From Candidatus Binatia bacterium (GTDB taxonomy: Bacteria > Desulfobacterota > Binatia > UBA9968 > JAJDTQ01), in the NCBI GenBank assembly GCA_963666515.2, contig OY762897.2, positions 512,001 through 576,000 on the forward strand: a DNA stretch of 64,000 nt, given 5' to 3'. Shown piece by piece: positions 9,892 through 19,777 of the stretch (position 1 is its first letter; every line of letters starts with the position of its first letter). The notes below the pieces were generated by a model, which ran no database searches, was not told the DNA's origin, and worked only from the letters and a program-made list of their open reading frames with translations. Made by a program: the position numbers and the translations under genes.

Positions 9892-10869
9892 TTGGCGACT
9901 CGAAGGCGTTCGAAACTGACCATGGCGCGTATCCGGGAGGCGGCGAAGCGGCTGCGCAACTGGGGCCGCTGGGGCGAGGATGACGAGGTCGGCACCCTCA
10001 ACTTCACCACGCCGGAGGACATCGTCGCCGCGGCGCAACTCGTGCGCAGGGGCCGGGTCTTTTCCCTGGCCCTCGCTTTCGACGCCGACGGTCCGCAAGG
10101 CGGCAAGAGCAACTACCCGGCCATGGGCCGGTTCAATCCCATCCACCTCATGCTCCGCACCGGCACCGACGCCTATTCCGGTGTGCTCGACCACCGCGGC
10201 ATCCGCGGCGCTGACGACGTGATCATCATGCCGCTCCAGGCCGGCACGCAATGGGACGGGCTGGCGCACATCTTCTACGAAGACCGCATGTACAACGGCT
10301 ACGACTGCCGGCTGGTGACCACCGGCGGCGCCGCCCGGAACGGCATCGAGAAGACCCGTGACAGGATGGTGGGCCGCGGCGTGCTGCTGGACGTGGCCCG
10401 GGCCAAGGGCAGCGAGTGGCTGGAGGACGGCTACGCCATCACCAACCGCGACCTCGACCGCACCCTGAAGCAGCAGAAAGTGGAAGTGCGCCGGGGCGAC
10501 TACCTGCTGGTGCGGACCGGCCAGATGAAGGCCAAGCTGGACGCCGGCTCCTGGGACGGCTATCCGGGCGGGGACGCGCCGGGGCTCGGCTTCGAGACCC
10601 TCGACTGGCTCCACGAAAAGGAGGTTGCCGCGGTGGCGACGGACACCTGGGGGGCGGAGGTGCGGCCCAACCAGACGCGGGACGCCAACCAGCCGTGGCA
10701 CTGGGTCAGCATTCCCAACATGGGCCTCACGGTGGGCGAGATATTCTACCTGGAAGAGCTGGCGGAGGACTGCGCCGAGGACGGGCGCTACGAGTTCATG
10801 TTCGCGGCCCCGGCCCTCCCGGTCACCGGAGCCGTGGGTTCCCCGACGAATCCGCTGGCCATCAAATGA
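9892..10869 (+). CDS. Cyclase family (kynurenine formamidase-like) metal hydrolase
   Basis: NWGRWGEDDEVGTLN, QAGTQWDGLAH, GRGVLLDV, GAVGSPTNPLAIK. Confidence 0.9.
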   Translation: MATRRRSKLTMARIREAAKRLRNWGRWGEDDEVGTLNFTTPEDIVAAAQLVRRGRVFSLALAFDADGPQGGKSNYPAMGRFNPIHLMLRTGTDAYSGVLDHRGIRGADDVIIMPLQAGTQWDGLAHIFYEDRMYNGYDCRLVTTGGAARNGIEKTRDRMVGRGVLLDVARAKGSEWLEDGYAITNRDLDRTLKQQKVEVRRGDYLLVRTGQMKAKLDAGSWDGYPGGDAPGLGFETLDWLHEKEVAAVATDTWGAEVRPNQTRDANQPWHWVSIPNMGLTVGEIFYLEELAEDCAEDGRYEFMFAAPALPVTGAVGSPTNPLAIK

Positions 10870-10897
10870 TCGGAATACAAGACTGGAGGAGATGACA

Positions 10898-11713
10898 ATG
10901 GCGGCGCAGCTCGGCTCGGTATGGCTTCAGGAACTGACGTGGGAGGACGTGGGGGACTATCTCGAGGACTCCGACATCATCATCTGTCCGGTGGGCAGCA
11001 CCGAGGAGCACGGTCCGGCCGGACCCTTGGGGCTGGACTGCCTCATCGCCATCGCCCTGGCGGAGGACGTGGCCCGCGCCACCGGAACCCTGTGCACGCC
11101 GCCGCTGTGGTTCGGCGACTCGCCCCATCACTTGGCGTTCCCGGGGACCATCTCGCTCCGCACCGAGACGCTGATGGCCGTGATCCAGGACATGAGCCGG
11201 AGCCTGCACAAGCACGGCTTCCGCAAGATCCTCATCATTAACGGGCACAAGGGCGCCAACCTGCCCGGCCTCCTGGCGGCCACCAAGAACCTGCGCGAGT
11301 TCGAGATGCCGGAGGTCTTCTTCGCGGTCATCGACCCGGTGAAGATCGCCAAGAAGATCGCCAACGAGATCAAGGAAGCCAAGGAGCATCACAGCGGCGA
11401 GCTGGAGATCTCGGAGTGCTGGTACAAGTACCCCCATCTGATCAAGCAGGAGAAGCTCACCACGTCGCAGGTGGACTTCGACAAGAACTTCTCGCCGTGG
11501 TCCCACGGAGACCTCTTCTACGCGCCCCACGAGGTCATCGACATCCCCTGGACCAGCACCGAACAGCGCCGGATCGTCCCCACCGGCTCCTTCAGCCCCT
11601 CCATCAAGGCTTCTCCCGAAAAGGGCAAGGCGTACCACGACTACATGGTCGACCAGATCGTCCAGTTCATCGGCTGGCTCAGGAACTACGACGGACCGGT
11701 GGCCCAGGTCTGA
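10898..11713 (+). CDS. Creatininase/creatinine amidohydrolase family protein
   Basis: PVGSTEEHG, GDSPHH..FPGTISL, INGHKGAN, HSGELE. Confidence 0.9.
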   Translation: MAAQLGSVWLQELTWEDVGDYLEDSDIIICPVGSTEEHGPAGPLGLDCLIAIALAEDVARATGTLCTPPLWFGDSPHHLAFPGTISLRTETLMAVIQDMSRSLHKHGFRKILIINGHKGANLPGLLAATKNLREFEMPEVFFAVIDPVKIAKKIANEIKEAKEHHSGELEISECWYKYPHLIKQEKLTTSQVDFDKNFSPWSHGDLFYAPHEVIDIPWTSTEQRRIVPTGSFSPSIKASPEKGKAYHDYMVDQIVQFIGWLRNYDGPVAQV

Positions 11714-11718
11714 AACGC

Positions 11719-12918
11719 GTGGAAATCGACGCTGCACAAGGCCGGGGCATTTTCGGGCTTCCGGCGCATACCGTGCGCCTGCTCGACCGGGGCCGGGAGG
11801 TTTATCTCGTCGCCACCGCCCACGTGTCCCGGGAGAGCGTCGACGACGTGCGGAAGACCGTCGAGATGGTGGAGCCCGACGCCATTTGTGTGGAGCTATG
11901 CCAGGGCCGGTACGAGGCGTTCACCCGGCCCGACGCGTGGCGGAAGATGGACGTCTTCAAGGTCATCAGGGAGGGCAAGGCGACCCTGATGGTGAGCCAG
12001 TTGATCATGTCCGCGTTTTACAAGCGCATCGGCGACCGGCTCGGCGTGCAGCCCGGGGCCGACATGCTGGAGGGCGTCAGGCTGGCCCGCGAGCGGGACG
12101 TGGAACTGGTGCTGGCGGACCGCGACGTCCAGGTGACGCTGAAGAGAACCTGGAGGGGCCTGAGCCTCTGGAACAAGCTGAAGCTGCTGTTCCTGCTTCT
12201 TGCCAGCGCCGTGGGGGAGCCGGAGGTCGACAAGGAGGCGGTGGAGGATCTCAAGCGGCAGGACCGCGCGGGGGACGTGCTGGTGGAGTTCGCCAAGGCC
12301 TTTCCCGCGGTCAAGCAGGTCATCATGGACGAGAGGGACGTCTACCTGGCGCAGAGGATCAGGGAGGCGGAGGGGGAGAGGGTCGTGGCCGTGGTCGGCG
12401 CGGGACACCTGCGGGGCGTCGCCCGCGAGATTCACCGGGACCACTCGCTCGCGCCGCTGGAGACGGTCCCCGATCGTTCCATCTGGTCCAGGAGCATCAA
12501 GTGGCTGGTGCCCTCGCTGGTCGTGGCGATCATCGCGTACGGGTTCTTCAGCGCCGGCGCCGCCCATTCCCTGGAGTCCGTCTCCATCTGGGTGCTGGTG
12601 AACGGCGTGCTGGCGGCCGCGGGCGCGGCCCTGGCCCTAGGCCATCCCATCACGGTGCTGGCGGCGTTCCTGGCCGCGCCTGTCACCAGCCTCAACCCCA
12701 CCATCGCCGCCGGCTGGGTATCGGGACTGGTCCAGGCCTGGGTCAAGAAGCCCACCGTGGCCGACCTGGAGGGCATGGGAGAGGTGGTGACGGCATTTCC
12801 CAAGGGGCTCTGGCGCAATCCCGTCTCCCGCATCCTCCTCGTGGTGGTGTTCTCGAACCTCGGAAGCACCTTGGGCACTTTCATCGGCGGCAGTTGGATC
12901 GCGGCGCGTTCGTTCTAG
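11719..12918 (+). CDS. TraB/PrgY (TraB/GumN superfamily) membrane protein
   Basis: VATAHVS, CVELC..R, PGADM, LADRD, MDERD.YLA, VVGAGH, C-terminal TM helices. Confidence 0.85.
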   Translation: MEIDAAQGRGIFGLPAHTVRLLDRGREVYLVATAHVSRESVDDVRKTVEMVEPDAICVELCQGRYEAFTRPDAWRKMDVFKVIREGKATLMVSQLIMSAFYKRIGDRLGVQPGADMLEGVRLARERDVELVLADRDVQVTLKRTWRGLSLWNKLKLLFLLLASAVGEPEVDKEAVEDLKRQDRAGDVLVEFAKAFPAVKQVIMDERDVYLAQRIREAEGERVVAVVGAGHLRGVAREIHRDHSLAPLETVPDRSIWSRSIKWLVPSLVVAIIAYGFFSAGAAHSLESVSIWVLVNGVLAAAGAALALGHPITVLAAFLAAPVTSLNPTIAAGWVSGLVQAWVKKPTVADLEGMGEVVTAFPKGLWRNPVSRILLVVVFSNLGSTLGTFIGGSWIAARSF

Positions 12919-12951
12919 AAGAGCAACGGGTCCGGAAACAGGAGGGGAGTC

Positions 12952-13671
12952 ATGGCAGATCCGGTCAAGATTGGTTTCGTCACCCCGATATCGAGCTCCA
13001 GTCCCCACTTCGAGCCGTTCAAGGCGTTCATCCCCAGGGAAGTGGAGATGGAGTTCGAGGGGCTGGGCATCGTCCGCGGGTCGCTGGAGAGTCTGGCAGG
13101 CACGGGCGACATGGTGGTGGAGACCTCGACCCGGCTGGCGCAGGAGCGCGGCTGGCAGGGCGTCATCGTCAGCGGGGCGCCGGTGGAGGTGCTCAATCCG
13201 GGACTGCTGGCGAGACTGAAGGACGCCGTGGACGTGCCGGTGACCACGGCTCTGGAGTCCTGCGTGGAGGCCCTGAAGGCGCTCTCGACTCCCAGGGTGC
13301 TGCTGCTGACCCCGTTCGTCGAGGTCATGAACAAGCGGATTCGCGACTATCTCACGGATTGCGGCATCGAAGCGGTCTCGCCCGCGGACACCTTCGACGA
13401 CTACCGCGACGCCATGACCGTCGAGCCCGAGGACGTCTACGCGCTCACGGAAAAGGCGCTGAAGGGGAACCCGGAAGTGGAGGCAATCTATTTCCAGGGG
13501 GCGGTGCTGGACCCCCTGCCGGTCCTGGACCGGATCGAGCGGGACCTCTCGCGGCCGGTGGTGGCAAGCAATCCCGCCATGCTCTGGTTCATGCTTTCGA
13601 GCGTGGGATTTTCGTGCAGCATCGCCGGTTACGGCAAGCTGTTGCAGGATTGGCCGGATATCAAGGGCTGA
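12952..13671 (+). CDS. Maleate isomerase/arylmalonate decarboxylase (Asp/Glu racemase) family protein
   Basis: PVTTA, LLTPF...N, IERDL.RPVVASN.AM.W, GYGKLL. Confidence 0.75.
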   Translation: MADPVKIGFVTPISSSSPHFEPFKAFIPREVEMEFEGLGIVRGSLESLAGTGDMVVETSTRLAQERGWQGVIVSGAPVEVLNPGLLARLKDAVDVPVTTALESCVEALKALSTPRVLLLTPFVEVMNKRIRDYLTDCGIEAVSPADTFDDYRDAMTVEPEDVYALTEKALKGNPEVEAIYFQGAVLDPLPVLDRIERDLSRPVVASNPAMLWFMLSSVGFSCSIAGYGKLLQDWPDIKG

Positions 13672-13680
13672 GAGACGCCG

Positions 13681-16110
13681 CTAGGCCTTGAACCATCGGG
13701 TTCCCCAACCGAGGGCGGCGAGACCCACCACGGCGCCGAAGATCCACTGCCAGTAACGCTCCAGGATCAGCTTTCCCTCGATCTGCTGCCTGAGAACGTC
13801 GCGTTCAGCCGTTGCCGCTGCCAACTCGGCCTTTGCCGAGGTCATCTGCTCGGTGAGTTGCCGCTTGTCGGCGCCCAGGGCCGCGACGGCCTTGTCCTTG
13901 TCGGCACGGGTCTGTTCCAGGGTGCGGTTGGTTGTGTCGAGCTGCTCGCGCAACTGCGCGGTGGCCTGTTCCCCGGCGGCCACGTCGGCGACGGCCTTGT
14001 CCTTGTCGGCGCGGGTCTGTTCCAGGGTGCTGTTGGCCGCGTCGAGGCGTTGCTGGAGTTGGGCCGCGAGCTGGTCCTTGGCGGTCAGGTCGGCCACGGC
14101 CTGTTCCTTCTCGGTCCGTATCTGTTCCAGAGAGGTGCTGGTTTCGTCAAGCTGCTGTTGCAGCTTGGCGGCGGCCTGGTCGTGGGCTGCGGTGAGCGCG
14201 GCGAGTTTCTCGGCCGCTTCCTGCTCCCTGGCGGCGAGGTCGGCGACGGCCTTGTCCTTGTCGGCACGGGTCCGCTCCAGGGAAGTGCTGGTTTCGTCGA
14301 GCTGCTGTTGCAGCTTGGCGGCGGCCTGGTCGTGGGCTGCGGTGAGCGTGGCGAGTTTCTCGGCCGCTTCCTGCTCCCTGGCGGCGAGGTCGGCGACGGC
14401 CTTGTCCTTGTCGGCGCGGGTCCGCTCCAGCGAGGTGCTCACGTCGGCCAGGCGTTTTTCCAGTTGTTCCACCGCGGTTTGATGGGCCGAGGTCAGCGTG
14501 GCCATCTGCAACGCGAGTTGTTGCTTGTCGGCCGTCAACGCGCTCATGAACTGCGCCCGTTCGGTTTCGGTCCTCTTCAGCGAACGTTCGGTGTCAGCCA
14601 GCCGCTGTTCCAGCTCCTCCTTGGCTTGGGCGTTGCCAGGGTCTTGCCGTTCCATCTCCTGCTTGAGGGCCGCCACCTCCGCCTGGGCCCGTTCCTTTTC
14701 CTCCTGGGCCTGCTTCAGCGCTGCCGTGGTGCCGGTCAGTTCGTTTTCCAGCTTCTGGATTTCGGCCGTGTGGGAGGCGTTCAATTCGGCCAGTTGGTCC
14801 GTCAGGGCTCGCTGATCCGAGGTCAGGGCGGCCAGCGCCTGTTCCTTTTCGATGCGTGTCCGTTCCAGCGACTTCGTGGCGTCCGCGAGCTGCTGCCGGA
14901 GTTCCTCGGTGGCCTGGTCCTGGCGCGACTTCAGGTCGCTCAACTGTCCGGCAAGGTCCTGCTGGTCGGTGGTGAGGGAGGAGATATCCCGATCCTTCTC
15001 CTGCCGGACCTGTTCCAGCGAAGCCGTCGCCTGAGTCAGTTGCGCCTGCAATTGCTTGACGGCCCGTTCATGGTCGGTGGTCAGGGCCGTCAGCCGCTGG
15101 GTGGCTTCCCGTTCCCTGGCGGCCAATTCCGCCAGAGCCTTCTCCTTGGCGGCGAGATCGGCGAGGGCTTTGTCCTTTTCGGCGCGGGTCTGGTCCAGCG
15201 AGCGAATGGTCTCGGCCAATTGCGTCTGGAGGTGCTGGACGGCCTGATCACGCGCAGCCGCAAGCGACGCGAGCTTCTGCGCGGCGTCCTTTTCGCCGGC
15301 GGCGAGATCGGCGAGGGCTTTGTCCTTTTCGGCGCGGGTCTGGTCCAGCGACCCTGACACCTCCGACAGTTGCTGCTGCAACTGTGTCAGCGCGGCTTTC
15401 TGGGAGGCGACTTCCGCTTCCAGGGACTGCTTCGCCGCCTTCAGATCGGCGGTTTCGGCGTTCAGGCCCGTGATGGCACGGTCCTGCTGCGCGACCTCAT
15501 CCTCGAGCCCGCGTACTCGCGCGGTCAACTCGTCCCGCCTCCGTACGAGCGCGGTGAAGTTCTCTTCCAGCTCCGTCTTGGCCGCAGTGAGAAGCGCGTT
15601 CTGCTGCACCAGGGAGTCTCTGAGGCCGGCCAGTTCCCGAGCCTTCGCATCCAGTTCCCGCACCGTGGCGGCTCTCTGGTCGAGCCGGGCGGTAAGGTCG
15701 TCGACGGTCTTGAGCGTGTTGTCCCGTTCGGCCGTCAGGGCGGCCACTCTCCGGCGATAGCGGTCCACGGTCGCGCGCCGTTCGTCGATGGCGGTGCTCA
15801 ATTCCTGCCGGACCTCGCCCAGGGAGTCGGTCAACTCCCCGACTTGCCGCCGGGTCTCCGCAAGCTGCCGGTCCCGCTGGTCGAGCATGCCCTGGCGCCG
15901 GCTCACGTCCTGCGTCAACTCGCTGACTCTCGCTTCAAGGGCGGCAACCTCCTGCCCGCGTTGCTCCAGGTTCTGCGTCAGAGCGGCGTTGTCCGCCTCC
16001 ACGCGCTGCTTCTCGCTGTTCAGTTGCTCGTGTTCCTCGATGGAGACGCACGAGGCCAGCAGCACCAACAGTCCGGCCAGAAGGCCCAAGGGTTTCAGAT
16101 ATTGCATCAT
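13681..16110 (-). CDS. Long coiled-coil lipoprotein with internal repeats and C-terminal membrane anchor
   Basis: Lipobox LLASC; heptad-rich A/E/Q/L/K body; C-terminal hydrophobic segment YWQWIFGAVVGLAALGWG. Confidence 0.75.
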   Translation of the reverse strand: MMQYLKPLGLLAGLLVLLASCVSIEEHEQLNSEKQRVEADNAALTQNLEQRGQEVAALEARVSELTQDVSRRQGMLDQRDRQLAETRRQVGELTDSLGEVRQELSTAIDERRATVDRYRRRVAALTAERDNTLKTVDDLTARLDQRAATVRELDAKARELAGLRDSLVQQNALLTAAKTELEENFTALVRRRDELTARVRGLEDEVAQQDRAITGLNAETADLKAAKQSLEAEVASQKAALTQLQQQLSEVSGSLDQTRAEKDKALADLAAGEKDAAQKLASLAAARDQAVQHLQTQLAETIRSLDQTRAEKDKALADLAAKEKALAELAAREREATQRLTALTTDHERAVKQLQAQLTQATASLEQVRQEKDRDISSLTTDQQDLAGQLSDLKSRQDQATEELRQQLADATKSLERTRIEKEQALAALTSDQRALTDQLAELNASHTAEIQKLENELTGTTAALKQAQEEKERAQAEVAALKQEMERQDPGNAQAKEELEQRLADTERSLKRTETERAQFMSALTADKQQLALQMATLTSAHQTAVEQLEKRLADVSTSLERTRADKDKAVADLAAREQEAAEKLATLTAAHDQAAAKLQQQLDETSTSLERTRADKDKAVADLAAREQEAAEKLAALTAAHDQAAAKLQQQLDETSTSLEQIRTEKEQAVADLTAKDQLAAQLQQRLDAANSTLEQTRADKDKAVADVAAGEQATAQLREQLDTTNRTLEQTRADKDKAVAALGADKRQLTEQMTSAKAELAAATAERDVLRQQIEGKLILERYWQWIFGAVVGLAALGWGTRWFKA
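14135..14435 (-). repeat. 150-bp (50-aa) near-perfect tandem repeat within the coiled-coil gene
   Basis: cagcttggcggcggcctggtcgtgggctgc at 14161 and 14311; unit LERTRADKDKAVADLAAREQEAAEKLATLTAAHDQAAAKLQQQLDETSTS; a related pair lies at 15181/15331. Confidence 0.9.
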
Positions 16111-16159
16111 CGGTAAGTTCCCTATCAGACTTGGGCGGCAACAAGCAACGCAAAAAACG

Positions 16160-17338
16160 TCAGATGACCTGCCGGCTGCGCAACCCCTCGATGTCTTCCG
16201 CGCTGTATCCCATACCTTGCAGGATTTCGTCGGTGTCCTCGCCCAGCATGGGCGGCGGGGTAGGGGTCTCCGGCGGCGTGCGGCTCATGTTGACGCCGCT
16301 TCCCACCAGCTTCACCTTGCCCATCTTCGGGTGCTCCACCTCGATGGGAAAGCCGTACTGCTTCACCTGCGGATCGTTGAACATGTCCTCCAGGTTGTTC
16401 AGCGGGGTGGAGGGCACGTCGTGCTCCCGGAGCTTCTTGAGCCACACGTCGCGCGAGTCCTGCTCGAAGACGGCCTGCAGCTCCCGCTCCAGCATGTCGT
16501 GGTGCTCGGTGCGGCCCTCCTTTTCGGCGAAGCGGGGGTCTTTCCCCCACTCGGGTTTGCCGGCGACTTCCACGAGCCCCAGCCAGAACTTGTTGGGCGA
16601 GGACAGGTGCACGACGAAGGGCCGGCCGTCGCGGTCGACGAAGGCGAACACGCCGGCGGTGCGGGTGCGGTCGGCTCGGCTGGGCACGACGCCGGTCTCG
16701 AAGTAGCGCGCGCAGTTCTCCGCGGTGAAGGACACCGACGCCCGCAGCAGGGAGGTCTCGATGATCTGCCCCTCGCCGGTCATCATGCGGTTCACCAGCG
16801 CCGCCAGCACGCCGTAGCAGGCGTAAACGCCGGTGAGGTGGTCGGACAGGGAGATGCCCATGCCCTTGGGATCGTCGGGATCCGTGAGCAGGCTCAGAAG
16901 GCCGCTCATCCCTTGGCCCACCGTGTCGTAGCCGGGCCGGTCGCGATAGGGCCCCTCCTGGCCGAAGCCGGAGATGGAGCAGTAGATGAGCTTCGGTTTC
17001 AACTCGCGGAGGGTGTCGTAGCCGAGCCCGCGGCGGGCCATGACCCCCGGACGGTGGTTCTCGACGAGCACGTCCGACCCGGCGGCGAGTTGGCGGCAGA
17101 TTTCCTGTCCCTCCTCGTTGCGGAGGTCCAGGGTGATGCTCTTCTTGTTCCGGTTCAGGCTGCAGAAGGTGGCCGAATACATCTTCCCGCCGCCCCAGCC
17201 GCGGAACGGGTCGCCGCGCTCCCGGTCCTCCACCTTGATCACCTCGGCGCCCAGGTCGGCCATGAGCATGGAAGCGAACGGGCCGGTGACGTAGCTGGAC
17301 AGCTCCAGAATCCGGATGCCTTCGAGTGTTCCCGCCAT
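16160..17338 (-). CDS. CoA-transferase family III (CaiB/BaiF)
   Basis: LEGIRILELS, ADLGAEVIKVE, NRNKKSITLDL, ISGFGQ.GP...RPGYD, PPMLGEDT. Confidence 0.95.
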   Translation of the reverse strand: MAGTLEGIRILELSSYVTGPFASMLMADLGAEVIKVEDRERGDPFRGWGGGKMYSATFCSLNRNKKSITLDLRNEEGQEICRQLAAGSDVLVENHRPGVMARRGLGYDTLRELKPKLIYCSISGFGQEGPYRDRPGYDTVGQGMSGLLSLLTDPDDPKGMGISLSDHLTGVYACYGVLAALVNRMMTGEGQIIETSLLRASVSFTAENCARYFETGVVPSRADRTRTAGVFAFVDRDGRPFVVHLSSPNKFWLGLVEVAGKPEWGKDPRFAEKEGRTEHHDMLERELQAVFEQDSRDVWLKKLREHDVPSTPLNNLEDMFNDPQVKQYGFPIEVEHPKMGKVKLVGSGVNMSRTPPETPTPPPMLGEDTDEILQGMGYSAEDIEGLRSRQVI

Positions 17339-17489
17339 CTGTTCAAGCCTCTATGTGGATGTCCCGGAGGTCCTCTTCGCCGATGGAAACCCTGGCAACT
17401 TTGCATGGATGGGTCCACATTGACGCGCCGGGGCCGTTGTGTGACGTTTCGAGTTCTATACCCAAAGACATCCCGAAACAAAACCGCCC

Positions 17490-18710
17490 ATGAAATCCGA
17501 ATCCATGCTGCGCCGGCTGTTCGCGGCCCTGAGCCACCGGAACTACCGTTTCTACTGGCTGGGCCAGCTTTCTTCGGTGCTGGCCCTGAACATGGAGATG
17601 GCCGCGCAGGCCTGGCTGGTGTTCCTGCTGACGGATTCGCCGCTGATGCTGGGGGTGGCCGGGATCGTCTACGCGGTGCCGCGGGTCTCTCTGGTCCTGG
17701 TGGGCGGCGCCATTGCCGACCGGGCCGACAAGCGCCGCATCATGGTGCTCACCCAGTCGCTGCTGGCCCTGGCCTACCTGGTGCTGGGGTTGCTGGTGCT
17801 CACCGAGCGCGTCGCCTTCTGGCACGTGCTGGTGTTCGCGTTCAACTCGGGTTTCCTGCGCGCCTTCGACCGGCCCAGCCGGTACGCGCTGCTGCCCGAG
17901 ATGGTGCCGCGCGAGGAGCTGGCCAACGCCGTGGCGCTGGGAAGCTCGGTGTGGCAGGCGTGCCGGCTCGTGGGCCCCGGGCTCGCCGGCGTCCTGATCT
18001 ACTGGCTCGGCATCGGGCCCACCTTCCTCGCCTGTTTCGCCAGCTCGGTGACCGCGGTGGTGTTGTGGGCGTTCATCCGCACCCGCGCCATCGTCGGACA
18101 GCCCCAGGGCGGCGTGTGGCGCAACATCGCCGCCGGGCTCGACTTCGTGCGCCGCACCCCGCTCTTCTACAGCCTGCTGGGGCTCACGTTCTTCAACAGC
18201 GTCTTCGGCATGTCCTACGTGATCTTGCTGCCGGTGTTCGCCCGGAGCATCCTTGAGGTGGGCTCGCGCGGGTTCGGGCTGCTCCAGTCGGTTTCCGGGG
18301 TCGGCGCGCTGCTGGGCACGCTGACCGTCGCCTATCTGGCCCAGGCCGGACGCAGGGGCTGGCAGGTGCTGGTGGGGTCGGCGGCCTTCGGGGCTCTGCT
18401 CATGATGTTCGCGTATTCGTCGTCGTTCCCGCTGTCGCTGGGCCTCATCTTCCTTCTCGGACTCTTCAACCAGATCTATCTGACCTCCATCAACACCATC
18501 CTCCAACTGAACCTCCCCAACGAACTGCGCGGCCGGGTGCTGGGGCTGTTCGGCCTTACCTGGGATCTCATGCCGCTGGGCGGCGCGGTCGCGGGAGCGG
18601 TGGCCGAATACGCCGGAGCCCCCGCGGCGGTGGCCCTGGGCGGGTTCCTGGTGGCGATGATGGGCTTCTACGGCATGGCGCGGCTGCCCACGGTGCGGGA
18701 GATCGAATAG
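17490..18710 (+). CDS. MFS transporter (MFS_3/EntS-like)
   Basis: About 12 TM segments, GGAIADRADKRR, ELRGRV. Confidence 0.9.
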   Translation: MKSESMLRRLFAALSHRNYRFYWLGQLSSVLALNMEMAAQAWLVFLLTDSPLMLGVAGIVYAVPRVSLVLVGGAIADRADKRRIMVLTQSLLALAYLVLGLLVLTERVAFWHVLVFAFNSGFLRAFDRPSRYALLPEMVPREELANAVALGSSVWQACRLVGPGLAGVLIYWLGIGPTFLACFASSVTAVVLWAFIRTRAIVGQPQGGVWRNIAAGLDFVRRTPLFYSLLGLTFFNSVFGMSYVILLPVFARSILEVGSRGFGLLQSVSGVGALLGTLTVAYLAQAGRRGWQVLVGSAAFGALLMMFAYSSSFPLSLGLIFLLGLFNQIYLTSINTILQLNLPNELRGRVLGLFGLTWDLMPLGGAVAGAVAEYAGAPAAVALGGFLVAMMGFYGMARLPTVREIE

Positions 18711-18853
18711 GCGGGAACGCGGCGATCCCTTTACAAGCGGGGGCCGGTGATTAAATTATCCGAAATCCCTGGCGCCCGGCTAAATTGATTCGGCAGGGTC
18801 TGCATTGTAGAGTTGTTGAGGGCTGAACTTGGCGAGAGGAAGGGAACAGGTCC

Positions 18854-19750
18854 ATGAAACGCGTTTTTCTTTTTCTGATCACCAACCTTGCGATACTTTT
18901 CGTGCTGGCCGTTGCGCTCCGTGTGCTCGGCCTTGACTGGTTGCTTTTTCAATACGGCATCGACTTCTGGCCGCTGCTGGCCTTCTCCTTCATCTTCGGC
19001 ATGGGCGGCGCCTTCATCTCCCTGGCCATCTCCAAGTGGACGGCCAAGAGATGGATGGGGTTGACGGTCATCGAGCAGCCCCGCAATGACACCGAGAGAT
19101 GGCTCCTCAATACCGTGCACAACCACGCTCAGGCCGCGAACATCGCCATGCCCGAGGTGGCCATCTACGATTCCCCCGAGCCCAACGCCTTCGCAACCGG
19201 TCCGAGCCGCAACAACTCCCTGGTGGCGGTGAGCACGGGCCTCTTGCGGGCCATGAACGCGGACCAAGCGTCGGCCGTGCTGGGCCACGAGGTTAGCCAC
19301 GTGGCCAACGGCGACATGGTGACGCTGACCCTGCTCCAGGGCGTTCTCAACACATTCGTGATCTTCCTTTCCCGCGTGATCGGATACGTCGTTGACCGTG
19401 CGCTCCACCGGGACGGCGAAGGGGGTTACGGCATCGGCTACTTCGTCACGGTGATCGTCACGCAGATACTGCTCGGCATCCTGGCCAGCATCGTGGTCGC
19501 CTGGTACTCCCGCCGGCGCGAGTACCGGGCCGACGCCGGCGGCGCGTATCTGGCCGGCAGGGCCAACATGATCGGCGCCCTCGCGGCGCTCCAACGCAGC
19601 GTGGAGCCCGAGCACATGCCGGAACAGTTGGAGGCGATGGGGATTGCGGGCGTGCGCAAGGGCGGGCTGCGGATGCTTTTCGCCAGCCATCCCCCCATGG
19701 AGGACCGGATCGCCGCGCTCCGGGAAGAACGCCACGCCGCCGGCACCTAG
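18854..19750 (+). CDS. htpX: Zinc metalloprotease HtpX (M48)
   Basis: [41 protein letters not shown]. Confidence 0.95.
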   Translation: MKRVFLFLITNLAILFVLAVALRVLGLDWLLFQYGIDFWPLLAFSFIFGMGGAFISLAISKWTAKRWMGLTVIEQPRNDTERWLLNTVHNHAQAANIAMPEVAIYDSPEPNAFATGPSRNNSLVAVSTGLLRAMNADQASAVLGHEVSHVANGDMVTLTLLQGVLNTFVIFLSRVIGYVVDRALHRDGEGGYGIGYFVTVIVTQILLGILASIVVAWYSRRREYRADAGGAYLAGRANMIGALAALQRSVEPEHMPEQLEAMGIAGVRKGGLRMLFASHPPMEDRIAALREERHAAGT

Positions 19751-19777
19751 GAGGGCGTCAGGGCGAAAGGGGAGGGG

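Noticed and set aside
10898-11713. Creatininase as mycofactocin peptidase MftE or a RiPP maturase
   Set aside because: No mftA/B/C or radical SAM gene nearby, and it is 30 kb from the NHLP cluster
11719-12918. TraB as evidence of a conjugative element
   Set aside because: This is the TraB/PrgY/GumN protease-like family; no T4SS, relaxase or integrase is nearby
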